A stretch of 55,140 nucleotides of DNA from Gammaproteobacteria bacterium (GCA_048550535.1 JBLYYN010000191.1:1-55140), one strand, 5' to 3'; shown: positions 1 to 10,380, numbered from the stretch's first letter. Made by a program: numbers and translations. The notes: generated by a model not told the origin, from the sequence alone.

Positions 1-177
1 GATCTCGGGTATTTCAGCCACCAGTTGTTCAAGACCCAGCGCCTGTGGCTTAGGCTCCTGGTATTGTGGCTCAACCGGAGCTTCCTCATCCACTTCCAGT
101 AATAGCGCCTGCAGATAATCATTGATCGCCTGCTGCTGACTGGACTGGTTTTTTTTATTCTCCGAATCAGTCATCAT
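1..177 (-). CDS. 5' part (59 codons, MMTDSENKKNQSSQQQAINDYLQALLLEVDEE...) of an ORF that runs off the window start. Function cannot be assigned; a CheW-domain protein is expected here by synteny with Pseudomonas/Vibrio che clusters.
   Basis: My own translation of the minus strand. The ATG overlaps the TGA of the upstream ParA-like gene (ATGA coupling). It is absent from the ORF track because it is under 60 aa. Confidence 0.3.
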   Translation of the reverse strand, partial: MMTDSENKKNQSSQQQAINDYLQALLLEVDEEAPVEPQYQEPKPQALGLEQLVAEIPEI

Positions 178-980
178 AACTGCCTTTCACTTATCTGCTC
201 CGATGCCGGTTGATCAAGCGCAGCTTCATCCAGAGCCAGCATGTAATCCAGCAAATCGGAATAAGCCCTGCTTCCCCGGCAGCCGGGACGGGCAATGGAT
301 AGGGGAATTCCCTGCTGGCTGGCTTCACGGAACTGGTTATCGACAGGGATCACTTTCTCCCAGATTTGTTCACTGAAGTTTTCACGCAAATGCCGCAGGG
401 TCTGAATGGAGACTTTTAAACGTCGGTCAAAAAAGGTAGGCACAATGGTGTAATTCAGCTGTTGCTTTCGAGCTTTCTGAATCATACTCAGGGTATGAAC
501 CATACGCTCGAGACCTTTTAAGGCCAGAAATTCAGTTTGTACCGGGATCATCAAACGCTGACAGGCGGCCAGAGCATTCACCATCAATAAGCCCAGCATG
601 GGTGGACAGTCGAGAATGGCATAATCGTATTGCGACGACAGCTGCTCCAGTGCCTTCTTGATCACCAGCCCCATACCGTCTCTGGAACCCAGCTGTCGAT
701 CCAGAGTCGCCAGTGCCGATGACGCCGGAATGAATGATAAGCCATCAAATCGGGTTTTATGCACCGCCCTGGTTACGGCAATAGTCTGCTGAAACAGCTC
801 ATAAGCACTGCTCTCCACATCATCGGGATCGGCGCCAAAATAGCTGGTCAGTGAACCATGGGGATCAAGATCGACCAGCAGAACCTGGTAACCACGTTTT
901 TGCATTACGCCCGCCAGGCTTACAGCTGTGGTGGTTTTTCCCACACCACCTTTCTGGTTGGCAACGGCCCATATTTTCAT
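174..980 (-). CDS. ParA/MinD-family P-loop ATPase of the kind that closes polar chemotaxis clusters (ParC-like)
   Basis: Deviant Walker A motif NQKGGVGKTTT at the N-terminus. 268 aa. A 4-nt overlap with motB upstream. The position after motAB matches Pseudomonas/Vibrio che clusters. Confidence 0.8.
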   Translation of the reverse strand: MKIWAVANQKGGVGKTTTAVSLAGVMQKRGYQVLLVDLDPHGSLTSYFGADPDDVESSAYELFQQTIAVTRAVHKTRFDGLSFIPASSALATLDRQLGSRDGMGLVIKKALEQLSSQYDYAILDCPPMLGLLMVNALAACQRLMIPVQTEFLALKGLERMVHTLSMIQKARKQQLNYTIVPTFFDRRLKVSIQTLRHLRENFSEQIWEKVIPVDNQFREASQQGIPLSIARPGCRGSRAYSDLLDYMLALDEAALDQPASEQISERQL

Positions 981-1825
981 TGCAGCGCTCTTGCTGGCTC
1001 ACCGGGTTGCAGTGATCTTACTGGCAAGCCTTGCGCCTTATCGATGGGCGGTTTAGTTTCTGTGGCGGAATCCTCAAATGGCGTAGATTCACTAAACAAA
1101 TCATCTCCTGACATAATTCGAATAACAACACGTCTGTTTTTTTGCCGATTTTCCGCGCTGGAGTTATCAGCAACCGGCCTGAACTCACCAAATCCAATAG
1201 CACCCATCCGCGACGGGTCAATGCCATTACTGGCCATCAGTCTGACGACACTGGCCGCTCGTGCCGATGACAGCTCCCAGTTAGATGGATATTTTACGGT
1301 CCTGATAGGCAAATTATCGGTATATCCCGAAACATATAAAGGATTACGCGAGTCCTCAAACACTTCGGTCAGGCTGGTGAGTATTTGGCTGGCCTGTTGC
1401 GACAATGTCGCGCTGCCACTGGTGTATAAAATACTGCTGTTAATCTCCACTTCCAGCCATTTTTCATTACCCCGTACGGCAATCTTGCCTTTTTTGATCC
1501 AGCTTTTCATACGCGCTTCAATCTTCTCTGCGGTTTCTCTCATGGCCCTGAAACCAGACTGTCCTTCCACACCAATTGAGATGGGTGCTCGCTGTACCGA
1601 GACACCCAATGGCTGGTTACTGGACGAAGCTGTGCTGGGCCGTGTCTTCTGACTGAAGGCAGTGGTCATGGAATCAGACAATACCCGGTATTTGCCTAGA
1701 TTGACCGAGGACATGGAATACATCACTACGAAGAAGGCAAACAGCAGGGTAATAAAATCAGCATAGGAAATCAGCCAACGATCCGTATTTTCTGTTTCTT
1801 CAGGAATTCGACGGCGACGTGACAT
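977..1825 (-). CDS. motB: Flagellar stator protein MotB/MotD (OmpA-like peptidoglycan-binding C-terminus)
   Basis: N-terminal plug/TM region WLISYADFITLLFAFFVVMY and an OmpA-like C-terminal domain (NRRVVI). Follows motA. Confidence 0.85.
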   Translation of the reverse strand: MSRRRRIPEETENTDRWLISYADFITLLFAFFVVMYSMSSVNLGKYRVLSDSMTTAFSQKTRPSTASSSNQPLGVSVQRAPISIGVEGQSGFRAMRETAEKIEARMKSWIKKGKIAVRGNEKWLEVEINSSILYTSGSATLSQQASQILTSLTEVFEDSRNPLYVSGYTDNLPIRTVKYPSNWELSSARAASVVRLMASNGIDPSRMGAIGFGEFRPVADNSSAENRQKNRRVVIRIMSGDDLFSESTPFEDSATETKPPIDKAQGLPVRSLQPGEPARALQ

Positions 1826-1843
1826 AGCATGGCTCCCCGTCCG

Positions 1844-2584
1844 TTATCGCAGATAACTCTGCAATTTGGATTCTATATTCCTCGGGTTTTCACCCTCCGC
1901 TATGCTGACTATCCCTTCCAGCATCATCTCATGTTGCATTATTTGTTTTTGCACCACCGATTTCAGTTTACCGGCCGTGGGTAATAGAAATAAATTGGCC
2001 AGCCCAACGCCATAAATGGTCGCCACGAAGGCGGTTGCAATACCACTGCCAAGCTTGCTGGGATCAGCCAGATTATTCATAACATGTATCAATCCCATCA
2101 CCGCTCCCAGGATACCAATAGTTGGGCTATAGCCGCCCATAGCTTCATACACCCTGGCTGCCTGCAACTCAAAATTTTCCATAATCTGGATTTCAGTCTC
2201 CATCACATCGCGAATGGTTTCCGGCTCATTGCCATCCACCAGTAATTGCAGACCTTTTCTTGAAAACAGATCCTGTTCAATCTCAGAGGCTTGTTCCAGT
2301 GCCAGTAATCCTTCACGACGTGACATCTGGCTCCAGTTCACCAGTTTTTCGATGGTGCCTTCGACATTCACCCTGGGGGTGAAAAATACCCAGCGCAACA
2401 TGGTAAGCGCTCGTAAAAATACGGGAATTGAGGTCTGTAGCATAACGGCACCCATGGTGCCTCCCACAACAATGAGAAATGCGGTTAACTGGAACAGTTG
2501 ATCGGTATGGCCACCTTCCAGCAGATTGCCACCAATAATGGCCGCAAACGCCAAAGTAATGCCGATTATGCTTAAAATGTCCAT
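1844..2584 (-). CDS. motA: Flagellar stator protein MotA/MotC (proton channel)
   Basis: 246 aa with four predicted TM segments and the MotA/ExbB-type C-terminal region (GVGLANLFLLP). Adjacent to motB. Confidence 0.85.
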   Translation of the reverse strand: MDILSIIGITLAFAAIIGGNLLEGGHTDQLFQLTAFLIVVGGTMGAVMLQTSIPVFLRALTMLRWVFFTPRVNVEGTIEKLVNWSQMSRREGLLALEQASEIEQDLFSRKGLQLLVDGNEPETIRDVMETEIQIMENFELQAARVYEAMGGYSPTIGILGAVMGLIHVMNNLADPSKLGSGIATAFVATIYGVGLANLFLLPTAGKLKSVVQKQIMQHEMMLEGIVSIAEGENPRNIESKLQSYLR

Positions 2585-2585
2585 A

Positions 2586-3683
2586 TCAGGAGTTTAAAGC
2601 AAGTTTCTTGCCTATCTCTTTTACCGGAAGTATCTGCTCTGCAATATTGGCCACTGCAGCGGGCATACCATAAATAATACTGGTGGCCTGGTCCTGAGCC
2701 CATATGGTTGCACCATGTTGTTTGAGTTTTTTACAGCCCTCCATACCATCCTGACCCATTCCAGTGAGAATGATACCCAGTACCCGACCGCTCATACTAC
2801 TCACCAGTGAATCGAAGGTGACATCGACGCAGGGCTTATAATTTTGCATGGGATCGGTTTCTTCTTTCACCTTTACTCTAAATTGACCTGCTCGTCGCTC
2901 AACCACCATCTGTTTACCACCCGGCGCCAGCAGTGCTACACCGGGTTCCAGTTTATCGCCATCTTTAGCTTCACGAACCTGGATCTTACATAACTGATTC
3001 AAGCGAGCGGCAAAGGCCTCGGTAAACGCGCTGGGCATATGTTGAACCAGTAACAACGGCAAAGGGAAATTTTCCGGTAACTGAATTAATACTTCCTGTA
3101 GTGCCACCGGGCCTCCGGTAGAGGTACCTATTCCCACCAGGTCGAAATCGGAAGCTTTAAATCGGCGACTGGGACTGCTGGCAGGCCTTGCGGCCTGACG
3201 AGATGCCCCAGCATTGGCAACTGAAGACGTAGGTTTTCGTGGCGCCCTTAATGAACTTGTAGCAGTGGCTGCAGTTCCAGTGCCAGGCCTCACTGCCAGT
3301 GCTTTCACACGTGAACAGAGTATACGACACGCTTCTTGCCTGTCATTGGAAATATCATCAAAACGCTTGGGTAAAAAATCGGTCGCCCCGGCTTCCAGCG
3401 CATCCAGTGTGGCCTGGGCACCCTGATAAGTCAGGGAAGAAAACATCAGAATCGGTGTCGGCCGTTTCTTCATGATTTCACGTGTGGCATCAATGCCGTT
3501 CATTACCGGCATTTCTATATCCATGGTAATAACATCAGGTCGATAGCTGATCGTTTTTTCGATGGCATCTTTGCCATCAACGGCCATTTCCACCACTTCG
3601 ATCATGGGATCAGAAGTAAGTATTTCACTGAGACGGCGTCTGAAAAAACCTGAATCATCAACTATCAGGACTCTAATGGTCAT
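2586..3683 (-). CDS. cheB: Chemotaxis response regulator protein-glutamate methylesterase CheB
   Basis: N-terminal REC domain (VLIVDDS...DIEMP) joined by an Ala/Ser/Pro linker to a C-terminal methylesterase domain (GTSTGGP, HMP, GMGQDG). Confidence 0.95.
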   Translation of the reverse strand: MTIRVLIVDDSGFFRRRLSEILTSDPMIEVVEMAVDGKDAIEKTISYRPDVITMDIEMPVMNGIDATREIMKKRPTPILMFSSLTYQGAQATLDALEAGATDFLPKRFDDISNDRQEACRILCSRVKALAVRPGTGTAATATSSLRAPRKPTSSVANAGASRQAARPASSPSRRFKASDFDLVGIGTSTGGPVALQEVLIQLPENFPLPLLLVQHMPSAFTEAFAARLNQLCKIQVREAKDGDKLEPGVALLAPGGKQMVVERRAGQFRVKVKEETDPMQNYKPCVDVTFDSLVSSMSGRVLGIILTGMGQDGMEGCKKLKQHGATIWAQDQATSIIYGMPAAVANIAEQILPVKEIGKKLALNS

Positions 3684-3773
3684 TACTTTTATCTCGTTTT
3701 ATCTTTTGAATTTTTATATAAAATCACTAGTACCATAAATGGCCAAAATAGCTGTATATGTAAATATAGATCA

Positions 3774-5993
3774 TTAAAAACCTTTTCTGGCGCGCGTTTT
3801 CAATAAACTTTGCACATCAATAATCAGTGCAATACCGCCATCACCGGTAATGGTTGAACCGGCAAATCCGGGTAAGCCCTGCAACAGGGCACCCAATGGC
3901 TTGATAACCACTTCTTCCTGGCCTACAACCTGATCGGTAACCAGACCCACCATTCGATTAGCCAGCTGCACTATAATCACTTGCCCCTTACCTTCTCCAT
4001 ACCTGGCGACCTCACCTGGCTTGAGTAACCATTTCGATAAATAAAATAAAGGTACTGCCTTCTCACGCACCATTACCATGAGTTGTCCATCCACTATATT
4101 GGTTCTACGCGTGTCCAGTTCGAAAATTTCATTCACATTGGATAGTGGTAAGGCAAAGGTAAACTTACCGAGAGCAATCATTAAGGTCGGCAGTATAGCC
4201 AGAGTCAGTGGTACCTTGATGGTGAGTACGGTGCCCTTACCTATGGCGGAGTCTATATCCAGAGAGCCATTGAGCTGAGTAATACGGGTTTTCACCACAT
4301 CCATCCCCACACCACGACCCGATATATCAGAAATCTCTTCCTTGGTGGAAAATCCTGCCATGAAAATCAGATTGAAGCATTCCTTATCATCCAGCCTGGC
4401 CGCGGTCTCTTCATCCATCAGGCCTTTTTCTACTACCTTGCCTCGCAACACTTCCGGGTCCATACCTGCGCCATCGTCTTCAATGGTCAACAGAATATGG
4501 TCCCCTTCCTGACTGGCCGATAAAATAACCGTACCTACCCGCTGTTTGCCTTTTTTCTCACGTACATCGGGCATCTCAATGCCATGGTCAACCGCATTCC
4601 GCACCAAATGTACCAGAGGATCGGCCAGGGCTTCCACCAGGTTTTTGTCCAGGTCGGTTTCCTCACCCATCATTTCCAGTTTGATTTCTTTTTTGATCTG
4701 TCGTGATAAATCACGTACCACTCGGGGGAAGCGGCCAAATACCTTCTTTATTGGCTGCATTCGGGTTTTCATCACCGAGGTCTGCAAATCCGAAGTCACC
4801 ATACCCAGATTGGTGATGGCCTGTGATACCTGGCCTTCACCCAGCTCACTGCGTAGAGTTTGCAAACGGTTACGCACCAGTACTAATTCCCCGACCAGAT
4901 TCATGATTTCATCCAGTCGTTCAGTATCGACGCGTACCGAAGTTTCGGCGGCCGGCTTAGCCATAGCAGGTGCAGCAGCTTTAGCGGTTGCAGTTGTTTT
5001 AGTTACTGCAGCAGTTGGTGAAGTAGCGGCCTGTTTAGGAGCAGCCGACCTGGCCACAGGTTTTGCTGCTGATGGCTGACTCGCAGGTTTAGACTTACTC
5101 TGTTTTTCTGCACTAGGCCCTTTGCCCTTACCGTGTAGACTATCCAGTAACTGATCGAATTCATCATCGGTAATCAGTTCATCTTTATCCGCTTCAGATA
5201 TAGCCGTTGATGGAGTGTCTTTATCTGGTGTTTTTCCAGCAGCCGTAGGCCCTTTACCCTTACCGTGGATATCATCCAGTAACTGATCGAATTCATCGTC
5301 AGTAATCAGATCACTGTCTGCCACTGATTCCAGAGACTGTGCTGTCTCATTATTTTTAGCAGGCTTGCCGCCATGCTTGCCCTTTCCATGGATGTCATCC
5401 AGTAAGGCTTCAAATTCATCATCGGTTATTTCATCACTATCCGTAGCACTGCTTTGCTCACCGTCCATAGCATCCAGCAGGGCTTCGAATTCATTGTCGG
5501 TTTCATCATGGCTCTGTTCGGTGGTATCCCCTGTAGCTTCTGCTTCAACCACTACTTCACTGCTCGCAGGCTCAGTTTGTTCCACCATTTCAGTATCTGC
5601 TGATTCAGGTACAGAGAATTTTTTGAGCGTACTCAGTAATTCGGGATCGGCAGGAGTCGGATCAGAACCAGACTGGATATCCGCGAACATGGTCTGCACA
5701 CAATCCAGGCCCTGTAGTACAGCATCCATCAGAGCAGGTGAAACCATACGTTCACCCTGACGTAGCACATTGAAAACATCTTCACAGACATGGCAGGTAT
5801 CCACCATGGGGTCGATGGCAAGGAATCCTGCACCGCCTTTTACGGTATGAAATCCTCTAAAAACGGCATTTAACAGATCATGGTCCTGAGGAGCCTGCTC
5901 CAGTTCGACCAGCTGTTCACTGAGTAGCTCGAGTATTTCTCCCGCTTCAACCAGAAAGTCCTGTAAAATTTCGTCATCAAGATCGATTGACAT
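3774..5993 (-). CDS. cheA: Chemotaxis histidine kinase CheA (P1 Hpt, repeat linker, P3-P4-P5; no globular P2)
   Basis: Hpt motif FHTVKGGAG, dimerisation segment VRVDTERLDEIMNLVGELV, HATPase boxes (HLVRNAVDHGIE, DDGAGM, GRGVGMDVV) and a CheW-like C-terminus. Confidence 0.95.
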   Translation of the reverse strand: MSIDLDDEILQDFLVEAGEILELLSEQLVELEQAPQDHDLLNAVFRGFHTVKGGAGFLAIDPMVDTCHVCEDVFNVLRQGERMVSPALMDAVLQGLDCVQTMFADIQSGSDPTPADPELLSTLKKFSVPESADTEMVEQTEPASSEVVVEAEATGDTTEQSHDETDNEFEALLDAMDGEQSSATDSDEITDDEFEALLDDIHGKGKHGGKPAKNNETAQSLESVADSDLITDDEFDQLLDDIHGKGKGPTAAGKTPDKDTPSTAISEADKDELITDDEFDQLLDSLHGKGKGPSAEKQSKSKPASQPSAAKPVARSAAPKQAATSPTAAVTKTTATAKAAAPAMAKPAAETSVRVDTERLDEIMNLVGELVLVRNRLQTLRSELGEGQVSQAITNLGMVTSDLQTSVMKTRMQPIKKVFGRFPRVVRDLSRQIKKEIKLEMMGEETDLDKNLVEALADPLVHLVRNAVDHGIEMPDVREKKGKQRVGTVILSASQEGDHILLTIEDDGAGMDPEVLRGKVVEKGLMDEETAARLDDKECFNLIFMAGFSTKEEISDISGRGVGMDVVKTRITQLNGSLDIDSAIGKGTVLTIKVPLTLAILPTLMIALGKFTFALPLSNVNEIFELDTRRTNIVDGQLMVMVREKAVPLFYLSKWLLKPGEVARYGEGKGQVIIVQLANRMVGLVTDQVVGQEEVVIKPLGALLQGLPGFAGSTITGDGGIALIIDVQSLLKTRARKGF

Positions 5994-6006
5994 ATAAAAC
6001 CTTCAA

Positions 6007-6753
6007 CTAAAAGCCCAAGCTGGCGAGTAAATCATCGACCTCATCCTGGCCTTTCATAACATCGCTACTTTCTTTGCCAGGAATCTGCGGACCTTCTAAT
6101 TTAGTTTCATTATCCGAATGTTTATTTTCTTCATGGCTATAGTTTTCACCCTGGATTTTTATCAGTTCGACTAGATTAGTTTCAATTTCATTAACCAGAT
6201 TAATCACCTTACGTATAATTTGGCCAGTCAAATCCTGAAAATCCTGTGCCATTAATACCTGGTTGAAACCAGATAATAAATCCGTCATCATGTTGTCCGA
6301 TTCGGCAAAGAAGCTCTCGACTTCATGACCCATAGTTCGAAGTTCATCAGCATCCATTTCACGACGACGAAACTTTTGCCACTGTTGTGTCAACTGCCGC
6401 GATTGTGCACTGAGTTTTTCAGCAACTGGCGAACTGTGTTCAACCACTGTCAGTACTTTATTAGCTGCGTTTTCCGTCATGGTTATGACGTATTCCAGGC
6501 GATCTTTAGCATCAGGTATATCGGTGTTGGCCAGGTCGGCTATACGTGAATCCATGCGAAAATTCTGTATCGAGTCATGGATTTCACGGGTCATCTTTCC
6601 CAGCTCATTGAACAGGCTGGCTTCACGAATTGCAATCACATCATCCAGCATGGAATGTAATTCTTTGTCCGAAACATTTTCAGAACCGAGTAATAACACC
6701 AGTGCCTGGGTTTTCTCCAGCAGTGCCTGTTTATCGATGGGCTCATTTTCCAT
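6007..6753 (-). CDS. cheZ: CheY-P phosphatase CheZ
   Basis: 248 aa. Has the CheZ catalytic region (QDFQDLTGQ) and the C-terminal CheY-binding peptide DDLLASLGF. Lies between cheY and cheA. Confidence 0.85.
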   Translation of the reverse strand: MENEPIDKQALLEKTQALVLLLGSENVSDKELHSMLDDVIAIREASLFNELGKMTREIHDSIQNFRMDSRIADLANTDIPDAKDRLEYVITMTENAANKVLTVVEHSSPVAEKLSAQSRQLTQQWQKFRRREMDADELRTMGHEVESFFAESDNMMTDLLSGFNQVLMAQDFQDLTGQIIRKVINLVNEIETNLVELIKIQGENYSHEENKHSDNETKLEGPQIPGKESSDVMKGQDEVDDLLASLGF

Positions 6754-6769
6754 AATGGATGTTCTACCT

Positions 6770-7156
6770 CTAGCCGTCTATACGTTCAAATATTTTTTCT
6801 ATTTTTTCTTTCAGGGTCTGTGCCGTAAAGGGTTTAACGATATAACCATTGACACCTTCCTTAGCAGCCAGAACGATCTGATCTTTTTTAGCCTCAGCAG
6901 TCACCATTAATACCGGCAGACTCTGCAATTTTGGATCGGCGCGGACGGTACGTAATAAATCTATGCCGGTCATCCCCGGCATATTCCAGTCAGTTACCAG
7001 AAAATCGTAATTGCCCGTTTGCAGCATGGGTAAACCCGTAGTGCCATCATCCGCTTCCTGTGTATTGTTGAAACCTAAATCACGAAGAAGATTTTTAATA
7101 ATCCGTCGCATGGTTGAAAAATCATCCACAATCAGGATTTTCATATTTTTATCCAA
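6770..7156 (-). CDS. cheY: Chemotaxis response regulator CheY
   Basis: 128-aa single REC domain with [21 protein letters not shown] and KPF. Confidence 0.95.
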   Translation of the reverse strand: MDKNMKILIVDDFSTMRRIIKNLLRDLGFNNTQEADDGTTGLPMLQTGNYDFLVTDWNMPGMTGIDLLRTVRADPKLQSLPVLMVTAEAKKDQIVLAAKEGVNGYIVKPFTAQTLKEKIEKIFERIDG

Positions 7157-7338
7157 GGTAACTTCTCTCAGTTTTCTAAATACTTAACTAAGATTCTGGC
7201 AGACATTTTCACAATTACCAGTCAGATACTGTGATTCATGTGACATTTCCCCACCAGACAACTCTAATGAAATCGTTTATAGCTACAGACGCTATCTGTT
7301 ATACCGATACAGGTGATATTATTTCTAAACTATGTAAA

Positions 7339-8064
7339 TTAGTTGCCAGTCCAGTCCGACAGTTTTGCTCGAATCCTGGCAAGCGACTGGCCATGAATCT
7401 GGCAAACCCGTGATTCACTTATATCCAGAACCCGTCCGATTTCTTTCAGATTCAATTCATCGTTGTAATAAAGCGACATCACCAATTGCTCTCGCTCCGG
7501 TAATTCACTGATACATTTAGTCAGGGCCCTGGCAAAATCCTCTTTGTGCAATACCCCTGAAGGATCTTTACCATCGCTGCTTAAATTCAGACCATGTCCT
7601 TCATCTTCAGCCTGATCAATACTAAACATTCTGGAATTGGCACTGTCCCGCAGAATGGAGTGGTATTCTTCCAGGCTAACACCCATTCGATCTGCGACCT
7701 CATGATCCCGAGCATCGCGCCCAGTTTCATTTTCAATCAGTCGTATCGCTTCACTGACCTCTCGCATTTTCTTATGCAAGGAGCGTGGCGACCAGTCGGC
7801 ATGACGCACTTCATCCAGCATAGCCCCCCGCACTCGGATACCGGCGTAGGTTTCAAAGCTGGCGCCCTGGCCAGAGTCGTAGTTTTTAGCCGCCTCGATC
7901 AGACCCAGCATGCCAGCCTGGATCAAATCATCCACCTGAACCGATGATGGCAAGCGACCGATCAGGTGATAGGCAATCCGCTTCACCAGACCCAGGTGCT
8001 CAACAATTCGCTGTTGCTGCTGATCCTTATCCACTTCTGCGTACATAGCACAACCTGAATACAT
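7339..8064 (-). CDS. fliA: Flagellar sigma factor FliA (sigma-28)
   Basis: Sigma-70 family regions 2-4 (DLIQAGMLGLIEA, YAGIRVRGAMLDE, LNLKEIGRVLDISESRVCQIH). Follows flhF-flhG. The start may instead be the second in-frame Met at 8046. Confidence 0.9.
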   Translation of the reverse strand: MYSGCAMYAEVDKDQQQQRIVEHLGLVKRIAYHLIGRLPSSVQVDDLIQAGMLGLIEAAKNYDSGQGASFETYAGIRVRGAMLDEVRHADWSPRSLHKKMREVSEAIRLIENETGRDARDHEVADRMGVSLEEYHSILRDSANSRMFSIDQAEDEGHGLNLSSDGKDPSGVLHKEDFARALTKCISELPEREQLVMSLYYNDELNLKEIGRVLDISESRVCQIHGQSLARIRAKLSDWTGN

Positions 8065-8075
8065 GAATAGCTGAC

Positions 8076-8933
8076 CTAACTTGCACTGCTGTATTTAATT
8101 AAGCGTTCAACAAAAAACTCCAGCTGGCCACTGGCCTGGGCTGGCAGTGGCCAGGTTCTGACCTTTTTCGCCAGCTGTCTGAATGCCAACGAAGACGGGC
8201 TCTGGGGATAGGACTTCATGACCGCCTGCTGTTTTTTCACCGACTTGATCAAATACTCATCCTGTGGAACGGTACCCAGATACTCCAGGGTGACATCGTC
8301 CAGGTATTGATCGGTCACTTTTGATAATTTGCTATACAGGCTCATACCCTCTTTCGGATTGCGTACCATATTGGCCAGAATATTGAACTTGTGTATGCCA
8401 TGACCATCATTCAATACCTTGATCAGGGCATAAGCATCGGTCATCGAGGTAGGTTCATTACACACCACCACGATCACTTCATTCGAGGCTCTGGAGAAGC
8501 TCACCACACTATCGGAAATACCGGCCGCGGTATCCACTATCAGCACATCTACCGCTGTGGTTAATTCACCAAAAGCCCGGATAACACCCGCATGCTGAAC
8601 CTGCGACAATTCAGACATCATCTGGATACCGGATGAGGCCGGGACGATTTTCAATCCATCCGGCCCATCAGTAATCACTTCTTCCAGGGTACGTTCACCC
8701 GTTATTACGTGGGACAGATTGAACGGGGATTGCAGCCCCAGTAGCAGATCGACATTGGCCAGGCCCAGATCTGCATCCAGCAATAACACCTTAAGCCCGG
8801 ACTCCACCAGCGCCAGAGACAGATTGACAGAGACATTGGTCTTGCCCACACCGCCTTTGCCACTGGTAACAGCAATCACCTGTACCGGGTTTTGCTTCGA
8901 CATTCTTCTTAAGCCTGCTGCTTGATCAATCAT
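8076..8933 (-). CDS. flhG: MinD-like flagellar number regulator FlhG/FleN
   Basis: Deviant Walker A motif SGKGGVGKTN. 285 aa. Sits between flhF and fliA. Confidence 0.85.
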   Translation of the reverse strand: MIDQAAGLRRMSKQNPVQVIAVTSGKGGVGKTNVSVNLSLALVESGLKVLLLDADLGLANVDLLLGLQSPFNLSHVITGERTLEEVITDGPDGLKIVPASSGIQMMSELSQVQHAGVIRAFGELTTAVDVLIVDTAAGISDSVVSFSRASNEVIVVVCNEPTSMTDAYALIKVLNDGHGIHKFNILANMVRNPKEGMSLYSKLSKVTDQYLDDVTLEYLGTVPQDEYLIKSVKKQQAVMKSYPQSPSSLAFRQLAKKVRTWPLPAQASGQLEFFVERLIKYSSAS

Positions 8934-8996
8934 TATTTATAATCACTATATATAGCTTAAAAAGTACCAGAAATGGCCAGGTACGCGATTTGTTTG

Positions 8997-10316
8997 TCAT
9001 AAATGGGCATGACTGACATCACTATGGAACGCCATCGCCAGAAATTCTTCATCGCTGGCTTCACGATACCGTTTCATATGAGCCAGAGCTTCATTAACCA
9101 TTTCCCTGGCTCGCGCCGGTTTCAGGTCTTCCGGCACCCTTTGCCCATCACTGACATAAGCCGCAGGTAAATGGTGTTTGATCATGGCACTGAGTACGCC
9201 GCCGAGACTCACGGCTTCGTCGGTTTTGGTGAGAATACAGCCCGCCAGGTTGGCTTTTTTAAATGACCGAATCACTTCATCCAGAGTGGTTAGCTGGGCA
9301 TTGGCCGACAGCACCAGGTATGACTTGATCAATGCGGCCTGACGGCCAATGTGAACAAACTGCTCACTGAGTCGTAAGTCTCTCTGACTCATACCCGCGG
9401 TATCAATCAACACCAGTTTTTTGTCATTGAGCTTGTGTAGATGCTGCTGCAGTTCCTTGGCATCGTTGGCGGTGTATACCGGCACACTGAGCAAGCGACC
9501 AAAGGTCATCAATTGCTCATGGGCACCGATACGATAATTATCGGTACTGATCAGGGCCACGTGACGCTGTCCATGGCGCATGGCGAAACGGGCCGCTAAT
9601 TTGGCAATGGTGGTGGTTTTTCCCACCCCGGTCGGACCCACCATTGCAATCACACCACCCCGATCCAGAATATCGTCATCCGCCACCGGCAACTGATGCA
9701 CCAGTTGTTTCAATGCGGCCTGCATGGCTTTTTCAAAATCACTGGATTCATCCAGCCCTTTCACCAGATACTTGCATACATCCTGACTCAGACCCATTTC
9801 GGTAAAACGCCGGTAAAGACTTATGCGCAATGGATGCTGTTGTGTCATCTGCCCCCATTCGGTCATCGCATGCTGATTTTCGATAGTGGCGCGCAATGAT
9901 TTAAGTTCCTGCTTCATTTCCGACAGACCATGGTTTTCACTCACCCGCGAATCCAGTAAACCGGAAGCCTGGTGTTCCATGGCTACATTCATCGCCGCAG
10001 CCCGATAGGCCTTATCTTCCTGACCAGGATAATGCTGGTCGATTTCAGCTATCGCCGGTTGCTCCTCATCCTGCCCAGCATAACGCTCGGCCGCCGCCTG
10101 TTCATAATAAGCCGCGGCACTGCCCGGCTTGGCTTTATTCAGAGTCTGATTAAGTGCATCGTTAATCAATGCTTCGTCATAATTCATCGCCGCCAGCAAT
10201 TCGACCTGACCATCCGTACTACGGTTAGACAGGATTACAGCATCAGGCCCCAGTTCCTCTTTCACTTCCCGCAATGCTGTACGCATATCGTCGGCAATAA
10301 AGCGCTTTACTTTCAT
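8997..10316 (-). CDS. flhF: Flagellar biosynthesis SRP-type GTPase FlhF
   Basis: G-domain motifs GPTGVGKTTTIAKLA, DTAG and TKTDE. Lies downstream of flhA. Confidence 0.9.
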   Translation of the reverse strand: MKVKRFIADDMRTALREVKEELGPDAVILSNRSTDGQVELLAAMNYDEALINDALNQTLNKAKPGSAAAYYEQAAAERYAGQDEEQPAIAEIDQHYPGQEDKAYRAAAMNVAMEHQASGLLDSRVSENHGLSEMKQELKSLRATIENQHAMTEWGQMTQQHPLRISLYRRFTEMGLSQDVCKYLVKGLDESSDFEKAMQAALKQLVHQLPVADDDILDRGGVIAMVGPTGVGKTTTIAKLAARFAMRHGQRHVALISTDNYRIGAHEQLMTFGRLLSVPVYTANDAKELQQHLHKLNDKKLVLIDTAGMSQRDLRLSEQFVHIGRQAALIKSYLVLSANAQLTTLDEVIRSFKKANLAGCILTKTDEAVSLGGVLSAMIKHHLPAAYVSDGQRVPEDLKPARAREMVNEALAHMKRYREASDEEFLAMAFHSDVSHAHL

Positions 10317-10380
10317 ATTCCTGGTTCCTTAATTAATGCTCTGTATTTTATTCTCAAGTCACTCAACTGCAGTACTAACA

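Noticed and set aside
858-1652. 264-aa plus-strand ORF overlapping parA-like/motB, and similar plus-strand ORFs across 2.2-14.5 kb
   Set aside because: They lie antisense to clearly identifiable flagellar and chemotaxis genes. They have Ser/Leu/Arg-rich shadow-frame composition.
7157-7338. Expected sigma-28 (FliA) promoter upstream of cheY
   Set aside because: I read both strands and found no acceptable TAAAG-N15-GCCGATAA match. The nearest candidates (TATCGGTATAA, GCCAGAAT) deviate at core positions, so no promoter is called.
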